Source: Eledone cirrhosa | Lineage: Eukaryota | Direction of reading: 5' to 3' | DNA length: 64,000 nucleotides | Assembly (NCBI GenBank): GCA_964016885.1 | Contig: OZ024742.1 | Span: 334,676,001 to 334,740,000 of the forward strand | In this document: positions 1 to 8,489 of the stretch, piece by piece | Layout: the number at the start of each line of letters is the position of its first letter | Position numbering within the stretch: position 1 is the stretch's first letter | The notes under the pieces: model-generated | What the model was told of the DNA's origin: nothing | The model's input: only the letters and a program-made list of their open reading frames with translations | The model's database searches: none | Program-made: the position numbers and the translations under genes

Positions 1-1682
1 TGTGTTTGCGATGTTGGTGCTTGTGGTGGTGGTGTTGAAGGTGTTGTTGCCGGTGGGGTTGTCGCCGGTGGTGATGGTGGCGCTAGTGTGGGTGGTGATG
101 GTGTTGGTGTTGTTGCTGCTGTGGGTCTCTTTGCAGTAGACTTTACCCTTTTCTCATTTCTTTCCTCACTTTTCAAAGGCGACGATGCGCTGCTTCTGCG
201 TTTGTGCCTTCTTACGACCTTTTGCCATCTCTCTCCCACCTCACACTCCATGTCTGATTCTGTGAGGTCGGGGAGGGGTACCAACTCCACTCTTTCACTT
301 GTTGTTGTTGGTGATGTTTGCACTGGAGTCTCTGTTGCAGCTGCATTTGGTATTGCTGTTGTTGTTGTTAGTATTTCCACTGCTGCTGCTGTTTTTGATT
401 TCCGTGGAGTGGGTATGGGTGCCACGGGCCTATCGTTCCTGGTTGCCGCTTGTCCTGTTGCTGGTAGCCGTGGAGCCGGATTCGGAAGGAGGGGGGTTTT
501 CTCCTTTCTCAGGGTCTTCTCGTTGCAGAAGGCCCTGAGGTGAGTCTTCGATCCACAGCGAAAGCATTTCGGGCGTTTGCCCTCAACACTTATGGGAAGT
601 TGAGTGCCGTTATCGAAGTCTATCACATCCGGGATAGCTTCGATGCACTCCTGGTTGGTTTGGATTAGCATCTCAATGGAGGAGCCGACCCAATCTTCTC
701 TTACTTTTTTCTGTACTTGCAGTACAGTTGTTTTGTCCTCGATTCCGACGAGGACAGACGCGGCCAGCCAAGAAGGGGTCATTCCGGGGGGGACGTGGGT
801 CAGTTTGACCCTCACAATTTTTTGCCCACAGTAGGAGGGCACCAACACCATTTCCTCGCTCCTTAGGGTCACTACTGATTGGGCCTTTGCCTCCTGGGGT
901 GTGGCAAAAAGTACGTCTACGGTGGCATATTTTTTGCCTCGGGTGATGTGCGTTTTCCGCTGCCACACAGACCCCAAGGCTTTTTGTATTTGGGCCTCTG
1001 TGGCTCTTTCCACCCTACGGGATTTTGTACTTACTGTACGGTACGTGACCGTACAGTGCTCTTGGGTTTCGAAAAAATTTTTCGCTGCCTTGCAGATTGC
1101 TCGGTGTCCGTTCTTTGTCACCATCTTCTTCGCTTCCTCTAATTCCTCATTTGTTATGAGGATTGTTTCCAAATTTTTCGCAATACCTGCAAATGAGATT
1201 GGTTTTTCTCTGCTGTTGTTGTTGTCGTCAGAGCTGCTGGTATTTTTGTTGTTGCTGCAGGTACTACGACTACTGCCTCCGCCGCTGTTGCTGTGGTTGT
1301 TGTTGGTGTTGCTGCTGCTAATGCTGTTGTTGTTTATGCTGCTGGTGATGCTGTTGCGGCTGCTACTGTTGTTTTCATTGTCACTGTTGCTGTTGTTATT
1401 ACGGCTGCTACTGCTATTATTCCTGACGTCAGACGAATGAACTGGGTTTTCGTATTTCCCGCACACCTGTTTCGTCGCTGTCGTCGTCGTCGTGGAGAAA
1501 CCTTGCACGCTTTGCACGAGACTTTTCTTTTCTTTCGTCACTTGCGAAAGAGAAGGGAGGGAGAGAGACACATTTAAAGAAGGGAGGGAGAGAGACAATC
1601 TTCTCTCTGCTGTAGTGATGATTGAGGAAGAAGAAGACGGAATGAGTGGGAGTGACGTATGAAATTTCTTTTTGGTAGCCAT
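1..1682 (-). CDS. ORF1 (gag-like, CCHC zinc knuckle) of Tx1 copy 1, partial
   Basis: Same frame as ORF1 of copy 2, ATG at 1682. No stop or frameshift seen among the differences. Encodes CFRCGSKTHLRAFC. Confidence 0.8.
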   Translation of the reverse strand, partial: MATKKKFHTSLPLIPSSSSSIITTAERRLSLSLPSLNVSLSLPSLSQVTKEKKSLVQSVQGFSTTTTTATKQVCGKYENPVHSSDVRNNSSSSRNNNSNSDNENNSSSRNSITSSINNNSISSSNTNNNHSNSGGGSSRSTCSNNKNTSSSDDNNNSREKPISFAGIAKNLETILITNEELEEAKKMVTKNGHRAICKAAKNFFETQEHCTVTYRTVSTKSRRVERATEAQIQKALGSVWQRKTHITRGKKYATVDVLFATPQEAKAQSVVTLRSEEMVLVPSYCGQKIVRVKLTHVPPGMTPSWLAASVLVGIEDKTTVLQVQKKVREDWVGSSIEMLIQTNQECIEAIPDVIDFDNGTQLPISVEGKRPKCFRCGSKTHLRAFCNEKTLRKEKTPLLPNPAPRLPATGQAATRNDRPVAPIPTPRKSKTAAAVEILTTTTAIPNAAATETPVQTSPTTTSERVELVPLPDLTESDMECEVGERWQKVVRRHKRRSSASSPLKSEERNEKRVKSTAKRPTAATTPTPSPPTLAPPSPPATTPPATTPSTPPPQAPTSQT

Positions 1683-1895
1683 GTTTTTTTGTTTAAAATG
1701 AAATTTTGGGTACAAAACCCCAATAACTGGTTATTTAACCCCGAAGGGCCAAATAACGGACAGAAAGACCCCTCTCACGAGGAGGAGGGTGTCTTTATCA
1801 ACAATTTGGTTCAAGTTTTAAACAATTTACAATTGTTTTAACGGTTAAAAATTACTATACCTTACAGAGCCGAGCCTCCGTCAACCATGGCATTC
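1..1895 (-). mobile_element. Tx1/L1-clade non-LTR retrotransposon, copy 1 (5' UTR and 5' part of ORF1; runs off the window edge)
   Basis: Matches 6064-7958 at a constant 6063-bp offset with about 20 substitutions and no indel seen. The 5' end (GAATGCCATGG on -) abuts (AAT)12 at 1896-1931. Confidence 0.92.

Positions 1896-1931
<36 letters not shown>
1896..1931. repeat. (AAT)12 microsatellite at the junction of the two Tx1 copies
   Basis: Read directly. Lies between the 3' end of copy 2 (AATAAAGAAATCA on -) and the 5' end of copy 1. Confidence 0.95.
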
Positions 1932-1933
<2 letters not shown>

Positions 1934-2193
1934 TTTCTTTATTAACCACAAGGGTTTACATAAAGTAGACATTAAGGACAGTGCAGGACAATGCAGGACG
2001 GTACAAATGGGCATTTCTGCGTGTAAAAAAACAAAAACAGAGGATGTAACAAAAATAACAATGAAAATAACAATGAAAAATTCCCCAATAGGGGGGAGAC
2101 TTCGGAGGGACATTTGTGGAGAAAGCCCAGTAAAAAGCCACAATGACCCTGACCACCAAGGCAAGTGCCCTCTCCCAGTTTTCCACCTTTAGT

Positions 2194-5100
2194 TTACAGA
2201 TATATACTCAGAGTCGGCCCATTCACTCGGGCCATTCTTGCTTCTCTCACCCATCTTTCAACAAAATGCTGGGAAGAGAGCACTTCCCTCTCTACTCTGA
2301 TTTTCCTTTTCAAATGAAATTTGAAAAAGTCAATCAGAGCATCACCGAAGAGGTAAGTGCTCGTCTTCAGCCCTTTCAAACGTGTCCACCATACTATCTC
2401 TTTCGCCATGGCCACCAGACAGATAAAAACTGCCTGCCCTTCCCGGCTAAAGGAGGAGGGCGGGGCAATCCTCACGATAGACTCAGATGATAGCTGGATC
2501 CGTCCTAAACGCGACAGCATGTGTTCGACATAAACCCACAAGTCAGCAATTTTCGGACACTGGACGAGTGCGTGCAGGACGGTTTCGTCGCCCTGCGCGC
2601 ATCTCGGACATGCCCGGCTGACGGCACCTCCATGCCTGTAGAGTTTATCCCGAACTGGCAAGGCTCCTCGGTAGCACTGCCAGGCCAGAGATTTCTGGAA
2701 GTTGTCCATAGGCCCTGGCCCGAAAGTTCTTCCGAAGAGATTGGCTAGTTGATTTTCGTCGACGCCTAGAGTTTCCCCAAGTACGTCGTCGCTCTTCCCC
2801 TCCACTAATCCTCTATAGAACGCCGAGGTGGAGTTTCCACCGATCACATTGCCCGATTGGTCGAGGGCTGTGAGCGCCTGAAGACATTCCAGTCTCCAGG
2901 CGCTCCCTCTCGGTCTTCGCTTGACCCAGGACTGCAGCTCCGTCAAGGAAACGAGCTGGGGAAAAACGCGTCTAGCAAACGGCGACCACACCTGATCACC
3001 GTCGAGGAAGAGGTGGAGATGTCGTAGCCTGAGCGCGTGCCTGCGCATCATCAGCCACGGCATGCCCAGCCCTCCACGTAGCGGGTGTTGACAACAGATG
3101 GACCGCCTGACCATCGGAGCACGTCCCTTCCACAAAAAGCGAAAGAGCAAACGCTCCAGCGCAGTCAGGCGAGGCTTAGGACAAGGTACGACGGTTAGGC
3201 GGTAGCAGATGACAGACGCGATGTACGCGTTAGCCACCTCCGCTCGACCTTTCAGGGATAGCTTCCTCTCCGCCCATTTCTGGGTGAGAGAAGCCACCCT
3301 GCTCGTCACCTCGTCCCAGTTTTTGTCCGTCTGGAGGTCCGGACCGAACCAGACCCCTAGCAATTTAACCGGTCCGTCCGTCCAGCGCCCGACGACGCTG
3401 TTGGACGGCATGGACCTGCCTCTCCAGGTGCCGAGCTGCAGGCCCACTGACTTTTCCTGGTTGATCATTGCTCCTGTCACCGCTTCGTATTCTCTTAGTG
3501 TAGTGCCGATCGCCTCGATGTGTTTGGCGTTCGACACCACTACGGTGACATCGTCCGCATATGCTGACACGGATCTTCCGCATCCTAGTTCGCGCGGGAC
3601 TCCCCTCAACGTCTCCAGTTTGTGCAGTAATGGCTCGAGCGTCAATACGTACAAGAGGGACGAGAGGGGACATCCTTGGCGGACCGAGCGCATGATGTTG
3701 AACGGTTCCGACAGGTGACCGTTCACTCTCACCACAGAGCAGATGTCGCTGTGCATGGCAGCGATCCAGCCTCTGAAGACGGGCCCAAAGCCAGCCGCCC
3801 TCAGGACTGCCGCTAGGTAACGATGGTCGACCCTATCGAAAGCTTTCGACTGATCTAAATTGATCAAGGACCCACCCGTGCCAGGTTCCCTAGCTACCCT
3901 CTCTACGATGTATCGCATGAGGTGGAGGTTGTCGTGGATGGATCTGTCGGGAATGGCGCATGTCTGCGCCTCTCCCACCAGACCACCAACGACAAGCGCC
4001 AACCTCTTTGCTAGCACCTTGGCCAAAATCTTAAACTCTGTGTTTAGCAGAGTTATGGGCCGGAAATTGTCTATGTTATCCCCCTTGTTCGGATCCTTTC
4101 TCAGCAGTGCCACCGCTCCTCGGCTCACAGAACTGGGAATTCTCCCGTTCTGTTGCCAGTTGCAGTAGACGTCCGCCAAGAGGCCTCCGAACAAGTCTGG
4201 CATCTGTACGTAAAGTTCATAGGGCAGACCATCCAAACCAGGCGATTTACCCCTTGTGCAGCCAGTCATTGCCTCCCGTACTTCAGCGGCTGTTATCGGC
4301 TTTTCGCAACACCTCGCCTCAGTGGCCGAGAGCCGCGGCAGTCCGTCGAGGTAGACACTAAAGTCCATCCCTCTACCCGGCCCCCCGCTGCCCCCGAACA
4401 GCTGAGCGAAGTGTCGCTGAAAAGCTTCACACATTTGCCCGGGATCGAGTAGCATGCGCCCGTCGTGGTCCACCAAAGACCGGATCGTGGCTTTGTTGCC
4501 ACGACGCGCCTCCGCCACTCGGGCCCATTGAACGGCTTTCGTCCCCTCGTGTCTGAGAGCACGCACCCTAGCTCTGACAACGCAGCCTTCGTGCTTTGCA
4601 TTGAAGAATTGGTCAAGGGCCAATTTCGCCGCAAGCACGTCGGTCGCAATGCCTTTGCTAAGCGCCTCGTCTAATTTTCTAACTAGTTCTCCCTCTGCTC
4701 TATTTTTCTCTATTGCTAAAGCCTTACTAAACCTAATCGATTCTATTCTAATCGCTCTTTTCAGAGCAAACCACCACTTGTTGTTGACGATGGCCCCCGT
4801 CAACGCCCGCTTAACTAGTTCGCTAATCCGGTCTCTGTAGGCCTTGCGCGCTGGTAAGGACGCGTTTAGCTTCCAGTAGCCGGGTCCTCGTCTATGAAGC
4901 CTATCTAAGTCAAGCACACAGGTCACGAATTTGTGGTCCGTGTAGCTGACTATCTTGAATTGTGGACAGCCTATGCTAGACCTATCTATTTCCCTACAAA
5001 ATACTCTATCTAGATATGATCTGGATGACCCTATGCGGTTTGTCCAAGTCCACATTGGCACATTCGGGAAATCCAATCGGTACCTGTCAGACAGTTCAAA

Positions 5101-5613
5101 ACGCCTGAGCAGGTTGGTGAGGCTCTTGCACCCTCCACCCCTATCCGCTAATCCCACACAGTCCCAGCGTGCATCTAAGATCCCGTTCCAGTCGCCCACT
5201 AACACTAAAGAGCGGGACGTTCCAAGAAAGGTCTCCAGACGCCGGAAGAAATCAGGCCGCCCTGCTCCTGTCGGGGCATAGACGGCCACTAGCCTGAAAG
5301 CTTGCCCGTCTCCGCTGGTCACGTCCAGCACCACCAGCTTACCCTCTGGGTCCAGGAAGATGGCCCGTATGGCGAGATCCAAACCTCTCCGAGAAAGCAC
5401 AGCAACTCCTCCACCCGATCCAGGACGGCTGGGAGATGCGTACACATCGTAGCCGCCGAAGATCGGTGCGAAGGCCCGTGCTTCGGAGATTCTGGTCTCG
5501 CTGATGGCCACTACATCTATGTTTAGTGACCTGAGGTTGTTGAGCAGGTGACCCTGCTTCCATGACGACCCCAAGCCACGCGCATTTATGCTGCCTATTC
5601 TGAGTGAGGTCAT
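2194..5613 (-). CDS. Tx1-like ORF2: APE endonuclease, reverse transcriptase and C-terminal zinc finger, 1139 aa, intact
   Basis: APE motifs GSINARGL, ISET, VYAP, GDWN, YLDR, TDH. Linker GPGYWKLN. RT motifs KSPGLDGL, FRPITLLN, DQSKAFDRV, RQGCPLS, AYADD. GGLG motif. Zinc finger CPRC-x-ETVLHALVQC. Confidence 0.95.
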   Translation of the reverse strand: MTSLRIGSINARGLGSSWKQGHLLNNLRSLNIDVVAISETRISEARAFAPIFGGYDVYASPSRPGSGGGVAVLSRRGLDLAIRAIFLDPEGKLVVLDVTSGDGQAFRLVAVYAPTGAGRPDFFRRLETFLGTSRSLVLVGDWNGILDARWDCVGLADRGGGCKSLTNLLRRFELSDRYRLDFPNVPMWTWTNRIGSSRSYLDRVFCREIDRSSIGCPQFKIVSYTDHKFVTCVLDLDRLHRRGPGYWKLNASLPARKAYRDRISELVKRALTGAIVNNKWWFALKRAIRIESIRFSKALAIEKNRAEGELVRKLDEALSKGIATDVLAAKLALDQFFNAKHEGCVVRARVRALRHEGTKAVQWARVAEARRGNKATIRSLVDHDGRMLLDPGQMCEAFQRHFAQLFGGSGGPGRGMDFSVYLDGLPRLSATEARCCEKPITAAEVREAMTGCTRGKSPGLDGLPYELYVQMPDLFGGLLADVYCNWQQNGRIPSSVSRGAVALLRKDPNKGDNIDNFRPITLLNTEFKILAKVLAKRLALVVGGLVGEAQTCAIPDRSIHDNLHLMRYIVERVAREPGTGGSLINLDQSKAFDRVDHRYLAAVLRAAGFGPVFRGWIAAMHSDICSVVRVNGHLSEPFNIMRSVRQGCPLSSLLYVLTLEPLLHKLETLRGVPRELGCGRSVSAYADDVTVVVSNAKHIEAIGTTLREYEAVTGAMINQEKSVGLQLGTWRGRSMPSNSVVGRWTDGPVKLLGVWFGPDLQTDKNWDEVTSRVASLTQKWAERKLSLKGRAEVANAYIASVICYRLTVVPCPKPRLTALERLLFRFLWKGRAPMVRRSICCQHPLRGGLGMPWLMMRRHALRLRHLHLFLDGDQVWSPFARRVFPQLVSLTELQSWVKRRPRGSAWRLECLQALTALDQSGNVIGGNSTSAFYRGLVEGKSDDVLGETLGVDENQLANLFGRTFGPGPMDNFQKSLAWQCYRGALPVRDKLYRHGGAVSRACPRCAQGDETVLHALVQCPKIADLWVYVEHMLSRLGRIQLSSESIVRIAPPSSFSREGQAVFICLVAMAKEIVWWTRLKGLKTSTYLFGDALIDFFKFHLKRKIRVEREVLSSQHFVERWVREARMARVNGPTLSIYL

Positions 5614-5648
5614 GTTTAAAATAGAGTGGAAAAGATGGGAAAGACCAC

Positions 5649-7745
5649 TTACCGTACTTTTGGTAGAGGAGGGATGGTTTTTACATCCCTTTTCACTTGA
5701 TCGTCTGGTGAAGGGACCGTTGAATCGTCCCTTCGGCTGGTCGTCGGCTCTTCTAAGAGAATGTCTGAATATACTCTTCGATTGATGGTTCCTCCTAGGT
5801 CCCTGAAATCACCAACTGCGTTGGGGAATTTCGTTTTAATGTTTGTGTATTGTTTCTGTGCTATTTTTAGCAGTCTTATGTTAGTTGGCGTTTTGATTGG
5901 TGCTGGTATTATGTAGTCCTGTTGTGAAATGTCTGTGTGTTCAATTATGTAAGTCATTAGTTTCTTGTTGTGTGTGTTTATTGCCGTGCATTTGTTTTTC
6001 TGGGGGTGGGGTGTGGTTCTGCTATTTTCTTGTCGTTGTTGCTGGGTGTGTGTGTTTTGTTGTTGTGTTTGCGATGTTGGTGCTTGTGGTGGTGGTGTTG
6101 AAGGTGTTGTTGGCGGTGGGGTTGTCGCCGGTGGTGATGGTGGCGCTAGTGTGGGTGGTGATGGTGTTGGTGTTGTTGCTGCTGTGGGTCTCTTTGCAGT
6201 AGACTTTACCCTTTTCTCATTTCTTTCCTCCCTTTTCAAAGGCGACGATGCGCTGCTTCTGCGTTTGTGCCTTCTTACGACCTTTTGCCATCCCTCTCCC
6301 ACCTCACACTCCATGTCTGATTCTGTAAGGTCGGGGAGGGGTACCAGCTCCACTCTTTCACTTGTTGTTGTTGGTGATGTTTGCACTGGAGTCTCTGTTG
6401 CAGCTGCATTTGGTATTGCTGTTGTTGTTGTTAATATTTCCACTGCTGCTGCTGTCTTTGATTTCCGTGGAGTGGGTATGGGTGCCACGGACCTATCGTT
6501 CCTGGTTGCCGCTTGTCCTGTTGCTGGTAGCCGTGGAACCGGATTCGGGAGGAGGGGGGTTTTCTCCTTTCTCAGGGTCTTCTCGTTGCAGAAGGCCCTG
6601 AGGTGAGTCTTCGATCCACAGCGAAAGCATTTCGGGCGTTTGCCCTCAACACTTATGGGCAGTTGAGTGCCGTTATCGAAGTCTATCACATCCGGGATAG
6701 CTTCGATGCACTCCTGGTTGGTTTGGATTAGCATCTCAATGGAGGAGCCGACCCAATCTTCTCTTACTTTTTTCTGTACTTGCAGTACAGTTGTTTTGTC
6801 CTCGATTCCGACGAGGACAGACGCGGCCAGCCAAGAAGGGGTCATTCCGGGGGGGACGTGGGTCAGTTTGACCCTCACAATTTTTTGCCCGCAGTAGGAG
6901 GGCACCAACACCATTTCCTCGCTCCTTAGGGTCACTACTGATTGGGCCTTTGCCTCCTGGGGTGTGGCAAAAAGTACGTCTACGGTGGCGTATTTTTTGC
7001 CTCGGGTGATGTGCGTTTTCCTCTGCCACACAGACCCCAAGGCTTTTTGTATTTGGGCCTCTGTGGCTCTTTCCACCCTACGGGATTTTGTACTTACTGT
7101 ACGGTACGTGACCGTACAGTGCTCTTGGGTTTCGAAAAAATTTTTCGCTGCCTTGCAGATTGCTCGGTGTCCGTTCTTTGTCACCATCTTCTTCGCTTCC
7201 TCTAATTCCTCATTTGTTATGAGGATTGTTTCCAGGTTTTTCGCAATACCTGCAAATGAGATTGGTTTTTCTCTGCTGTTGTTGTTGTCGTCAGAGCTGC
7301 TGGTACTTTTGTTGTTGCTGCAGGTACTACGACTACTGCCTCCGCCGCTGTTGCTGTGGTTGTTGTTGGTGTTGCTGCTGCTAATGCTGTTGTTGTTTAT
7401 GCTGCTGGTGATGCTGTTGCGGCTGCTACTGTTGTTTTCATTGTCACTGTTGCTGTTGTTATTACGGCTGCTACTGCTATTATTCCTGACGTCAGACGAA
7501 TGAACTGGGTTTTCGTATTTCCCGCACACCTGTTTCGTCGCTGTCGTCGTCGTCGTGGAGAAACCTTGCACGCTTTGCACGAGACTTTTCTTTTCTTTCG
7601 TCGCTTGCGAAAGAGAAGGGAGGGAGAGAGACACATTTAAAGAAGGGAGGGAGAGAGACAATCTTCTCTCTCCTGTAGTGATGATTGAGGAAGAAGAAGA
7701 CGGAATGAGTGGGAGTGACGTATGAAATTTCTTTTTGGTAGCCAT
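5649..7745 (-). CDS. Tx1-like ORF1: gag-like nucleic-acid-binding protein (~698 aa from the first ATG, MATKKKF)
   Basis: Long open frame upstream of ORF2. CX2CX4HX4C knuckle CFRCGSKTHLRAFC. S/N-rich and P/T-rich low-complexity flanks. WQKVVRRHKRR basic motif typical of LINE ORF1s. Confidence 0.88.
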   Translation of the reverse strand: MATKKKFHTSLPLIPSSSSSIITTGERRLSLSLPSLNVSLSLPSLSQATKEKKSLVQSVQGFSTTTTTATKQVCGKYENPVHSSDVRNNSSSSRNNNSNSDNENNSSSRNSITSSINNNSISSSNTNNNHSNSGGGSSRSTCSNNKSTSSSDDNNNSREKPISFAGIAKNLETILITNEELEEAKKMVTKNGHRAICKAAKNFFETQEHCTVTYRTVSTKSRRVERATEAQIQKALGSVWQRKTHITRGKKYATVDVLFATPQEAKAQSVVTLRSEEMVLVPSYCGQKIVRVKLTHVPPGMTPSWLAASVLVGIEDKTTVLQVQKKVREDWVGSSIEMLIQTNQECIEAIPDVIDFDNGTQLPISVEGKRPKCFRCGSKTHLRAFCNEKTLRKEKTPLLPNPVPRLPATGQAATRNDRSVAPIPTPRKSKTAAAVEILTTTTAIPNAAATETPVQTSPTTTSERVELVPLPDLTESDMECEVGEGWQKVVRRHKRRSSASSPLKREERNEKRVKSTAKRPTAATTPTPSPPTLAPPSPPATTPPPTTPSTPPPQAPTSQTQQQNTHTQQQRQENSRTTPHPQKNKCTAINTHNKKLMTYIIEHTDISQQDYIIPAPIKTPTNIRLLKIAQKQYTNIKTKFPNAVGDFRDLGGTINRRVYSDILLEEPTTSRRDDSTVPSPDDQVKRDVKTIPPLPKVR

Positions 7746-7958
7746 GTTTTTTTGTTTAAAATGAAATTTTGGGTACAAAACCCCAATAACTGGCTATTTA
7801 ACCCCGAAGGGCCAAATAACGGACAGAAAGACCCCTCTCACGAGGAGGAGGGTGTCTTTATCAACAATTTGGTTCAAGTTTTAAACAATTTACAATTGTT
7901 TTAACGGTTAAAAATTACTATACCTTACAGAGCCGAGCCTCCGTCAACCATGGCATTC

Positions 7959-7980
7959 AATAATAATAATAATAATAATA
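7959..7980. repeat. (AAT)7 microsatellite at the 5' boundary of Tx1 copy 2
   Basis: Read directly; same junction sequence (GGCATTC|AATAAT) as at 1895/1896. Confidence 0.95.
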
Positions 7981-8116
7981 CTGCCTCATTATCGCTACCG
8001 CCGCTATTCTCTCCCACTACCTGCTGCTAAGTACTACTAGCACAGCACCACCACCACCACCACCACTGCCTCATTATCACTACCGCCGCTATTCTCCCCC
8101 ACTACCTCCTGCTAAG
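7981..8116. repeat. Two ~50-bp direct repeats (CTGCCTCATTATC...GCTAAG) separated by a short spacer with (CAC)n
   Basis: 7981-8031 is near-identical to 8066-8116. Confidence 0.75.
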
Positions 8117-8489
8117 ACATGTATCGTAGTGTCCCCACTAAAAGAGGAAGGCATCAAAAGATATAAATAGACTGATTTGATGACCCGGTCAAAAAATCAA
8201 AAAAAAAAAATCAGAATCAAAACAGCACAGCAACAACGAAAAACGTAAAGAAAAGAAAAATGAAAAAAAAAAAAAACAGACAGACAGAGAAGGAAAAGGG
8301 GAAAAAAAAAACTAAGTCAGATATTCAAACACTACATTACAATGAAACTTATGCTTATTCTTTTTGGTTTTTTTTTTACTTATTTGTTTGTTTGTTTATT
8401 TATGTTCGTCTACAGCGTGATAGTGCCACACTAAAATCACCGGTGGTTATGTAACCATACATTCACCAATCCTCGATAAGATTGTTTAA

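Larger units (their letters stand above)
1932..7958 (-). mobile_element. Full-length Tx1/L1-clade non-LTR retrotransposon, copy 2 (~6.03 kb)
   Basis: 5' UTR, ORF1, 35-nt spacer, ORF2, then a ~260-nt 3' UTR with AATAAA just before the (TTA)n run. Bounded by (AAT)n on both sides. Confidence 0.93.

Noticed and set aside
88-7640. Plus-strand hydrophobic ORFs (e.g. 901-1440, 5965-6606, 6964-7503)
   Set aside because: Antisense shadows of the low-complexity Tx1 ORF1 and GC-rich ORF2.
7815-7865. HDV-like ribozyme in the Tx1 5' UTR (TCCTCGT loop)
   Set aside because: An L3-like loop is present, but no P1, P1.1 or J4/2 arrangement could be built; a simple hairpin explains it.
1-7958. 1.9-kb direct repeats read as LTRs of an LTR retrotransposon
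   Set aside because: The repeat contains ORF1 coding sequence, ORF2 is APE-RT with no integrase or protease, and there are no TG...CA ends; it is a tandem LINE cut by the window edge.
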